From: an uncultured bacterium
Lineage (GTDB): Bacteria; Hydrothermota; UBA3073; NMUJ01; CBEVQO01
Direction of reading: 5' to 3'
Length of the DNA stretch: 23,970 bases
Assembly (NCBI GenBank): GCA_965552055.1
Contig: CBEVQO010000011.1
Location: 1 to 23,970, forward strand
Shown one piece after another: positions 17,644 to 23,970 of this stretch (the first letter of the stretch is position 1; each line of letters starts with the position of its first letter). The notes under the pieces are model-generated. The model had not been told where the DNA came from. It searched no databases and saw only the letters and a list, made by a program, of their open reading frames with translations. The translations under genes were made by a program, and so were the position numbers.

Positions 17644-18124
17644 TATCATAGATTTTTTCAACAATCGCCAAATTATCATAAAATTTGCCTGTTATCTCAT
17701 ATAAGGTGTCAATTTTTTCCCTTAAATTTTTCGGAAAAATTTCCTTTTTTAAATTTGTATTGATTCCGATTCCTATTAATGTTCTTTTCTTCAAATTTTC
17801 TATTAAAATACCGCATACCTTTTTGCCATGGTAAAGAATATCATTTGGAGGTTTTATCTCAAAATTTTTATCTGTCTCTTCTCTTAAAACTTTACAAATT
17901 ATTTTTGCTACTTTTTGTGATAATTTTTCGGGTTCTAAATTTATTTTCTTTATGCAAAATGTACACCACAGTCCGCCTTTTGGTGAATACCAGTCGCGCG
18001 CTCGCCTGCCCCTACCCGATAGCTGCTCATCTGCCATAACAACAAAATCCCCATAAATTTTTGATGATAATTCACGGGCAAGATCTTGCGTTGAATCTAT
18101 TTTATCATACTTTATAAGTAACAT
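17618..18124 (-). CDS. birA: Biotin-protein ligase, catalytic domain only
   Basis: IDSTQD, ADEQLSGRGR..R.WYSP.GGLW, IKPPNDI, KKVCGILIE and IGIGIN. No N-terminal HTH and no C-terminal domain. Confidence 0.88.
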   Translation of the reverse strand: MLLIKYDKIDSTQDLARELSSKIYGDFVVMADEQLSGRGRRARDWYSPKGGLWCTFCIKKINLEPEKLSQKVAKIICKVLREETDKNFEIKPPNDILYHGKKVCGILIENLKKRTLIGIGINTNLKKEIFPKNLREKIDTLYEITGKFYDNLAIVEKIYDIICRELLS

Positions 18125-19643
18125 TTCTTATTATAAATTCGGCAATCAACAGCAATAAAAGGAAAATTAAAAAATAAGGTCGCAAACTACGGGTAGATAT
18201 CTCGGAAGATAAATTTTTACGAACTACTTCTTTGCCAAATTTCAAATTGACAGAAAATTTATACAAATTCTCAACAGAATAATTGCCTGACTTTTCCGGA
18301 TAAAATGTTAAATAATAATTTTTTCCGATTTTTTCGGGATACAGGAAAAAGGGACCTTCGGGAGTTTCAATCCTATACGCTCTATACTCTTTTACCCGTA
18401 ATTTAACGCATTCTTCCACCCGGTAATCACAAAGGGAAAATCTTTCACCTGTTAAATAAAAAATAAGATTTAATAAAAACTGGATAAAACCTGCACTTAC
18501 AGCTATTTCATTTTCCTCTGGATTAAAATCAAAATGCAAAAGTAAATTATTCATGGGTAGCAACTCGATAGCGGGCTCACCAGAAGAAAATGAAGAAAGA
18601 ACTTCACCGGAAGGCAAAGAAAATTTGTAAGAAAAAAACCTAACCTCATCGTAATACGGGAATTTTAAATCATCGTCAATTTCTTTTAAATAAAAAACAC
18701 CATTTTTATCGCCTTTCTGCGTTATAATCGCATTTTTAACACCTTCTGGCAGTGATTTATTCAAAATAAATAAAACATCATAAGAAGATGGTAGCCCTTC
18801 TTTCAAATATTTAACCTGAAGAAAGGGTATTTGTGAGAGAGCAGTTTTTACAAAAAATGCAGATAAAGTATCTCCAATTATACAAATCTTCAAACTGCGT
18901 GGAAGTGCAATTGTAAAATAAAAAATGTTATCAAATGTAATATCATCACCCATAATTTTAAAATAGCCAGAATTAAAGCCACTACTTAAATCCCAAAAGT
19001 AAAATTTAAACACCTTCTTTTCATAAGGTGAAAATAAAATTTCCCTTTTAACATGAAAAATATCCGAAGTAAAGAATATTTTTACATTTCTTTCAGATAA
19101 ATTTTTGATGGATAAAGCTATTGTATCAATTGCTTCAAAATACACACTGTCTATTTTTACATTAACAGGTTTCGGAAGTTCTATCAATTTGTATTTTGAA
19201 TTTTGAATTTTGTCCTTATAGGTTATTATCACGGGTGTAAGACCCGAAAAGCTTTTATCGTCGAACAAAAGCTCATAAGGCACGCATTCTTCTTTTTCTC
19301 CTTTTGCAAAGAAATATTTGTCAAATTTTTTTGCTTTCTTGATGGCAAGTTTTAAATTTTTCTCCATTGTATAGGAGTTATCAATTATTGCGATTTTTTC
19401 TTTGTGAATTATCACTGGATTTGCAAAAATGAATATTAAAGTGAGCAACGAAAATTCTCTTATTATGAGAAGTATTAAATTTTTAAGCCGTAGAAATCTT
19501 GATAAACCTTTTTGTGCTTCTTTTAGTAACATTATAGATGGGAAGTAAAATTTTTTTGTGGTCAATTTTTTAAAAAGATGAATCAAAACTGGCAATGGTA
19601 AAAGAAAAAGAAAATAAAGTATATTTGGATTTAAAAACTTCAC
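18105..19643 (-). CDS. BatA (aerotolerance regulator N-terminal) domain membrane protein
   Basis: MKFLNP..L..L.LLPLPVLIHLF...FPS..LL...LILLIIR...FANP signature, degenerate vWA start (IIDNSYTM) and C-terminal TM LRPYFLIFLLLLLIAEFII. Confidence 0.82.
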   Translation of the reverse strand: MKFLNPNILYFLFLLPLPVLIHLFKKLTTKKFYFPSIMLLKEAQKGLSRFLRLKNLILLIIREFSLLTLIFIFANPVIIHKEKIAIIDNSYTMEKNLKLAIKKAKKFDKYFFAKGEKEECVPYELLFDDKSFSGLTPVIITYKDKIQNSKYKLIELPKPVNVKIDSVYFEAIDTIALSIKNLSERNVKIFFTSDIFHVKREILFSPYEKKVFKFYFWDLSSGFNSGYFKIMGDDITFDNIFYFTIALPRSLKICIIGDTLSAFFVKTALSQIPFLQVKYLKEGLPSSYDVLFILNKSLPEGVKNAIITQKGDKNGVFYLKEIDDDLKFPYYDEVRFFSYKFSLPSGEVLSSFSSGEPAIELLPMNNLLLHFDFNPEENEIAVSAGFIQFLLNLIFYLTGERFSLCDYRVEECVKLRVKEYRAYRIETPEGPFFLYPEKIGKNYYLTFYPEKSGNYSVENLYKFSVNLKFGKEVVRKNLSSEISTRSLRPYFLIFLLLLLIAEFIIRNVTYKV

Positions 19644-19648
19644 TCTTT

Positions 19649-19675
19649 ATGATAATCATAAAATATTTTTGTCAA
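19649..19675 (-). promoter_or_regulatory. Promoter of BatA-domain/birA operon (TTGACA-N15-TATCAT, 5 nt to GTG)
   Basis: Minus strand reads TTGACA aaaatattttatgat TATCAT aaaga GTG. No SD. Confidence 0.65.
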
Positions 19676-19690
19676 ATTAAAAAAATAAGC

Positions 19691-19720
19691 TTGACATTCG
19701 GATTATTCCGATATTATAAT
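19691..19720 (+). promoter_or_regulatory. Promoter of clpC operon
   Basis: TTGACA (19691-96) with TATTAT at 15-bp spacing (19712-17) or TATAAT at 18-bp spacing (19715-20). ATG at 19726, no SD. Confidence 0.7.
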
Positions 19721-19725
19721 GTGAG

Positions 19726-22158
19726 ATGAATTATGAATTTACCCAAAGGGTTCGTCGTATTTTTGATATAGCCCAGCAAGAGGCAAGGCGCTATGGCAGT
19801 GACTCTGTTGGTACAGAGCACATCTTACTCGGGCTTGTTCGTTCTCACGGAGGAGTAGCGCTTGCAGCACTATCCAACATGGGAGTTGACATAGAGCAGC
19901 TCGAGCAGGATGTAATCGAGTTTATAAGGGAAAATGTATCGGGCATTCCTGTTCCTCATGTTCATTTCAATGACGAAGCGAATCAGCTTGTGAATCTCGC
20001 AAGAATGGAAGCAAAGGATATGGGGGACAATTACATAGGCTCCGAGCACCTTCTACTCGCGATGATGAGATTCAAAGGCTCAAATGCATTTAATATACTT
20101 GCAAGACATGGAATAACTTACGAAGAAGTAAGAAACGAAATCCTTGCAGTAAGAAGGGAGCCAGATAGAAAGCATTTTGCAAAGAAAAGGGTCAAAACTC
20201 CTTATCTCGACCACTTCTGCAGGGATATAACTAAAATGGCAAAAGAAAATAAACTTGACCCTGTGATCGGAAGAGAAAGGGAAATCGAAAGAGTGATGCA
20301 AATACTGTGTAGAAGAAAGAAAAATAATCCTGCTCTAATAGGAGAACCTGGTGTCGGTAAAACAGCGATTGTAGAAGGATTGGCTCAAAGAATAGCAGAA
20401 GGTAAAGTACCACGCCAATTAATGGATATGCGAATACTGCAGCTTGACCTAGCTGCAATCGTAGCAGGAACAAAATACAGGGGACAATTTGAAGAAAGAT
20501 TAAAAGGAATTCTGGAAGAATTAAGAAGAACAGGAAATATCATAATCTTCATCGATGAATTGCATACGATTGTTGGGGCAGGAGCTGCTGAAGGTGCGAT
20601 AGATGCATCAAATATGCTGAAACCTGCGCTTGCGAGAGGTGAAATACAATGCATAGGAGCAACAACATTATCGGAATACAGGAAATACATTGAGAAAGAT
20701 GGTGCACTTGAGCGCCGTTTCCAGCCAGTTTATATTTCACCGCCATCGGTTTCCGAAACAATCGAAATATTAAAAGGATTAAAAGAAAAATATGAACAGC
20801 ATCACAATGTGGTTTACACAGAAGAAGCACTCGTTGCAGCTGCTACTCTTGCAGATAGATACATAACAGATAGATTTCTGCCTGACAAAGCAATAGATGT
20901 TATGGATGAAGCAGGAGCAAGGGTTAAGCTGGAACGCCTGCCTGCTATATCAAAAGAACTTGATAAACTTGAGAAAAAACTCGCAGAAATACAAAAATTA
21001 AAGGATAAAGCAGTTGAAGAACAAAACTTTGAAGAAGCAGCAAGATTGAGAGACGAAGGAATTAAAATTCAAAAGAAAATCAGGGAGATTAAAGAAAAAG
21101 AGGAGCAAATTGTAAAAAAAGTTACAGAAGAACACATTCGCCAGGTAATATCCCTGTGGACCGGGATACCCCTTACCAAGCTCGAACAGAAAGAGCAAGA
21201 GCGCTTATCGAAGATGGAAGAGGAACTGAAAAAGAAAGTAGTTGGTCAGGATGAAGCCATTGCAGCACTTTGCAAAGCAATAAGGCGAAACAGACTGGGA
21301 TTAAAAGACCCAAGAAGACCCGTTGGTTCATTCCTGTTCCTTGGACCCACTGGTGTTGGTAAAACCTACCTCGCAAAGAAACTTGCAGAATTTTTGTTTG
21401 ATTCAGAAGCAGCACTTATAAGAATCGATATGTCAGAGTATATGGAGAAATTCAATGTATCAAGATTAATAGGTGCACCACCGGGATATGTGGGATACGA
21501 GGAAGGAGGACAATTAACAGAAAAAGTAAGAAGAAGACCTTATTCTGTTGTATTATTTGATGAAATAGAAAAAGCTCATCCAGAGGTATTTAACATACTT
21601 TTACAGGTACTGGAAGACGGAGTATTGACCGATAGCTTCGGAAGAAATGTGAACTTCAAAAATACAATCCTTATAATGACATCCAATCTCGGGACAGAAG
21701 GGTTGAAGAAAAAATCAATAGGATTTGAAATAGAAACAGAAGAGCTACAATCCTATGAGCAAATGAAAGAAGAATTGATAGAAAAAGCCAAAAAATTCTT
21801 CAGACCGGAATTTTTGAATCGTCTTGATGATATAATCGTGTTTAGACCGCTTACAAAGGAAACGATGTTTAAGATAGTTGATATTTTACTCGATGAATTA
21901 CAGCAAAGATTGAAAGAAAGAGAAATAGAAATTGAAGTAACACAGGGAGTTAAAGAGCTTCTTGTAGAAAAAGGTTTTGACCCGTTCTATGGTGCTCGTC
22001 CGATAAGGCGTGCGATACAAACAATTATCGAAGACCCGCTTGCAGATGAAATATTGAAAACAGGATATGAAAAAGGAATAAAATTCTTATTGGAAAGAGA
22101 AGGTGATAAAGTGAAATTTATTTTGAAGAAAAGAAAAAAGGAGTTAATAAGTGCTTAA
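19726..22158 (+). CDS. clpC: ATP-dependent Clp protease ATP-binding subunit ClpC
   Basis: Two Clp-N repeats ([18 protein letters not shown]), Walker A GEPGVGKT and [17 protein letters not shown] pore loop, UVR middle domain ([13 protein letters not shown]), SIGF ClpP-docking loop and GARPIRR. Confidence 0.96.
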   Translation: MNYEFTQRVRRIFDIAQQEARRYGSDSVGTEHILLGLVRSHGGVALAALSNMGVDIEQLEQDVIEFIRENVSGIPVPHVHFNDEANQLVNLARMEAKDMGDNYIGSEHLLLAMMRFKGSNAFNILARHGITYEEVRNEILAVRREPDRKHFAKKRVKTPYLDHFCRDITKMAKENKLDPVIGREREIERVMQILCRRKKNNPALIGEPGVGKTAIVEGLAQRIAEGKVPRQLMDMRILQLDLAAIVAGTKYRGQFEERLKGILEELRRTGNIIIFIDELHTIVGAGAAEGAIDASNMLKPALARGEIQCIGATTLSEYRKYIEKDGALERRFQPVYISPPSVSETIEILKGLKEKYEQHHNVVYTEEALVAAATLADRYITDRFLPDKAIDVMDEAGARVKLERLPAISKELDKLEKKLAEIQKLKDKAVEEQNFEEAARLRDEGIKIQKKIREIKEKEEQIVKKVTEEHIRQVISLWTGIPLTKLEQKEQERLSKMEEELKKKVVGQDEAIAALCKAIRRNRLGLKDPRRPVGSFLFLGPTGVGKTYLAKKLAEFLFDSEAALIRIDMSEYMEKFNVSRLIGAPPGYVGYEEGGQLTEKVRRRPYSVVLFDEIEKAHPEVFNILLQVLEDGVLTDSFGRNVNFKNTILIMTSNLGTEGLKKKSIGFEIETEELQSYEQMKEELIEKAKKFFRPEFLNRLDDIIVFRPLTKETMFKIVDILLDELQQRLKEREIEIEVTQGVKELLVEKGFDPFYGARPIRRAIQTIIEDPLADEILKTGYEKGIKFLLEREGDKVKFILKKRKKELISA

Positions 22159-22354
22159 AACAACGGCGGATATTGTAAAAGATGTATCAGAAGTGACAGG
22201 TTACTCCCAACGAGATGTTAACATTATAATCCTGAAGTTTTTAGAAAAAATAAAGGAAGAACTTAAAAAAGATAAAGTTGTTGTGATAAATGGTTTAGGT
22301 GAATTTAAATTAAGCGATGATAATAAAAAAGTTATAGAATTTAAGCCAGAATAG
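22151..22354 (+). CDS. Short HU/IHF-family DNA-binding protein lacking the beta-ribbon arm
   Basis: HU-like helices (TADIVKDVSEVTGYSQRDV..II..FLEKIKEELKK), V.INGLGEF strand and terminal FKP. SD AAGGAG; GTG start overlaps the clpC stop. Confidence 0.78.
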   Translation: MLKTTADIVKDVSEVTGYSQRDVNIIILKFLEKIKEELKKDKVVVINGLGEFKLSDDNKKVIEFKPE

Positions 22355-22362
22355 GAGGAGTT

Positions 22363-22467
22363 ATGCCCTGTGGTAGAAAGAGAAAATTAAAAAAAGTTAA
22401 GCGTCATAAATATAAGAAGAGAAGGAAAGCGATGCGTCATAAGAAGAAATTCAAGGAGGGACATTAA
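22363..22467 (+). CDS. Small basic AURKAIP1/COX24-domain peptide (30S ribosomal protein bS22/mS38-like), 34 aa
   Basis: Strong SD AGGAGGAG, then MPCGRKRKLKKVKRHKYKKRRKAMRHKKKFKEGH-TAA, matching the MP.G.KRK.....HK.KKR....RHKKK family pattern. Below the ORF-track length cutoff. Confidence 0.85.
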   Translation: MPCGRKRKLKKVKRHKYKKRRKAMRHKKKFKEGH

Positions 22468-22470
22468 AGT

Positions 22471-22543
22471 GCGCCCGTAGCTCAACTGGATAGAGCGGCG
22501 GATTCCGGATCCGCAGATGAAGGTTCGAGTCCTTTCGGGCGCA
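22471..22543 (+). tRNA. tRNA-Arg (anticodon CCG), CCA not encoded
   Basis: Acceptor GCGCCCG/CGGGCGC, D arm GCTC/GAGC with A20, anticodon arm GCGGA-TTCCGGA-TCCGC (CCG at 22505-07), T arm GAAGG-TTCGAGT-CCTTT, discriminator A at 22543. Confidence 0.96.
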
Positions 22544-22550
22544 GAAAAGA

Positions 22551-23357
22551 ATGGCTAAGAAAAAGCCTTTAGGAAAGGGATTAGAAGCATTATTGCCAAC
22601 AGAGGAAGAAAATTATAAAGAAATACCCCTTAATGACCTCTTGCCCAATCCTTATAATCCAAGGGCTGACCCGGGAGACCTATCCGAACTGATAGCATCG
22701 ATAAAAGAAAAAGGAGTTATAGAGCCAATTGTAGTAAGGAAAAAAGAAGACAAATATGAAGTTGTTTGCGGTAGCAGGAGAGTAGCGGCATGTAAAGAAC
22801 TTGGTCTCGAAGTAATCCCGGCAATCGTAAAAGATGTAGATGATAGAGGAATGCTTGAATTCGCACTTATAGAAAATCTGCAAAGAAAAGATTTAAATCC
22901 AATTGAAGAAGCAGAAGCATATCAAAGATTAAATAAAGAATTTGGATTATCACATGAAGAAATCGCAGAAAGAGTAGGGAAAAATAGAGCAACCATAACG
23001 AATACGATACGCTTATTAAACCTACCTGATGAGATAAAAGAAATGTTAAAAAGAGGTGAACTTACAGAAGGACATGCAAGGGCACTTTTACAGGCAGAAA
23101 CCGAAGAAAAAATGGTAGAACTGGCACAGAGAATTTTAAAAGAAAAATTAACGGTAAGAGAAGTTGAAAAACTTGCAAAGAAAAGGGTACCAATGCCAAA
23201 AGAAGAATTTTTGATAAATATTGAAAGGAAATTTTCGGAAAATTTCGGAGTGAAGGCAAACATCAAAAAAGGGAAAAGAAGTTATAAGATTGAAATAAGA
23301 TGTAAATCTTTTGACGAATTTAAAGAATTTTTGAAAAAACTCGGTTTAGAACTATAA
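22551..23357 (+). CDS. parB: Chromosome partitioning protein ParB/Spo0J
   Basis: LGKGLEALL N-terminal peptide, NPYNPR, SIKEKGVIEPIVVR, GSRR CTP-binding patch, ALIENLQRKDLNPIEEA, HTH HEEIAERVGKNRATITNTIRLL and GHARALL. Confidence 0.95.
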   Translation: MAKKKPLGKGLEALLPTEEENYKEIPLNDLLPNPYNPRADPGDLSELIASIKEKGVIEPIVVRKKEDKYEVVCGSRRVAACKELGLEVIPAIVKDVDDRGMLEFALIENLQRKDLNPIEEAEAYQRLNKEFGLSHEEIAERVGKNRATITNTIRLLNLPDEIKEMLKRGELTEGHARALLQAETEEKMVELAQRILKEKLTVREVEKLAKKRVPMPKEEFLINIERKFSENFGVKANIKKGKRSYKIEIRCKSFDEFKEFLKKLGLEL

Positions 23358-23374
23358 AAATTTAAGGAGGGAAT

Positions 23375-23563
23375 ATGCCAGAATATGCAACAAAAGAAGA
23401 TGTGAAGAAAATAAAAGAAGAGATGTTAAAACTTGAGAAAAAATTACAGGAAGCAGAAGCAAGAAATAATGAAAGAGAAAAGCGTTTAAAAGAGAGAGCA
23501 TGGTGGGTTGGAATAGTCGTCGCTTTACTCACAACTTTAATAATGTTGTTAACAAAAATTTAA
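23375..23563 (+). CDS. Small coiled-coil protein with C-terminal TM anchor, copy 1 (62 aa; DUF1640/CCDC90/Bdr-like architecture)
   Basis: SD AAGGAGGG; YATKED motif, charged heptad helix, WWVGIVVALLTTLIMLL TM segment. Confidence 0.85.
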   Translation: MPEYATKEDVKKIKEEMLKLEKKLQEAEARNNEREKRLKERAWWVGIVVALLTTLIMLLTKI

Positions 23564-23572
23564 GGAGGGGAT

Positions 23573-23794
23573 ATGCCAGAATACGCAACAAAAGAAGATT
23601 TGATGAAGATAAGAGAAGAGACAAGAGAAGAAATAATGAAAACAAAAGAAGTAGTAATGAGACTAGAGAAAAAATTACAGGAAGCAGAAACAAGAAATAA
23701 TGAAAGAGAAAAGCGCTTAAAAGAGAGAGCATGGTGGGTTGGGATTGTCGTCGCTTTACTCACAACTTTAATAATGTTATTAACAAAAATTTAA
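23573..23794 (+). CDS. Small coiled-coil protein with C-terminal TM anchor, copy 2 (73 aa)
   Basis: Paralog of copy 1 with an 11-residue longer stalk; own SD. Confidence 0.85.
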   Translation: MPEYATKEDLMKIREETREEIMKTKEVVMRLEKKLQEAETRNNEREKRLKERAWWVGIVVALLTTLIMLLTKI

Positions 23795-23803
23795 GGAGGG
23801 GAT

Positions 23804-23970
23804 ATGCCAGAATACGCAACAAAAGAGGATTTGATAAAACTTGAGAAAAATACCAAAGAAGAAATAATGAAACTTGAGAAAAAATTGCAGGAAGCGGAAG
23901 CAAGAAATAATGAAAGAGAAAAGCGTTTAAAAGAGAGAGCATGGTGGGTTGGAATAGTCGTCGCTTTACT
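23804..23970 (+). CDS. Small coiled-coil protein with C-terminal TM anchor, copy 3 (partial, runs off window)
   Basis: ATG at 23804 after AAGGAGGGG; MPEYATKEDLIKLEKNTKEEIMKLEKKLQEAEARNNEREKRLKERAWWVGIVVAL. Not in the ORF track. Confidence 0.85.
   Translation, partial: MPEYATKEDLIKLEKNTKEEIMKLEKKLQEAEARNNEREKRLKERAWWVGIVVAL

Larger units (their letters stand above)
23356..23970 (+). repeat. Direct tandem repeat of whole-gene cassettes (SD + ORF); periods 198 and 231 bp; runs to the window end
   Basis: AAAAATTTAAGGAGGG(A/G)ATATGCCAGAATA(T/C)GCAACAAAAGA precedes each copy, and the 3' block from GAGAAAAAATT to GTCGTCGCTTTACT is near-identical in all three. Confidence 0.95.

Noticed and set aside
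23500..23942. Alternative-frame and antisense ORFs over the tandem array
   Set aside because: They lack SD sites and are by-products of the repeated AG-rich coding strand. Substitutions are synonymous in the MPEYATKED frame.
23356..23970. Possible CRISPR array or non-coding repeat
   Set aside because: Units are ~200-230 bp, each with SD, start, open frame and synonymous variation. There is no short repeat/unique spacer pattern and no cas gene.
22471..23970. Island or prophage integrated at tRNA-Arg
   Set aside because: No integrase, no duplicated tRNA 3' end in the window, no obvious composition shift, and parB is of the chromosomal type.

Overview
AT-rich, very gene-dense bacterial chromosomal segment from a diderm (it encodes a TonB-dependent receptor and a lipoprotein). 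Lys/Glu-rich proteins and the gene repertoire suggest a thermophile-like, FCB-affiliated lineage such as candidate division WOR-3, but this is inference only. Left to right: a giant (>2260 aa) minus-strand secreted protein missed by the ORF track (DUF2341-like and lectin-like head, then ~16-17 tandem Ig-like repeats, running off the left edge); a ptsH-ptsI-PGI/PMI-NDP-sugar pyrophosphorylase operon; an aldehyde dehydrogenase; a STAS::RsbW-kinase fusion with a membrane HAMP-PP2C phosphatase; a TonB-dependent receptor plus lipoprotein; a BatA-domain protein plus a minimal biotin ligase; and a clpC / arm-less HU / bS22-like peptide / tRNA-Arg(CCG) / parB unit followed by a tandem array of at least 3 small coiled-coil membrane-anchored paralogs running off the right edge. 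The most striking non-coding signal is that all seven transcription-unit starts carry TTGACA-N15-TAnnnT (15-bp rather than 17-bp spacer). Six of the seven place the start codon 5-8 nt after the -10 box with no Shine-Dalgarno, suggesting leaderless mRNAs. No CRISPR array or mobile element was seen.
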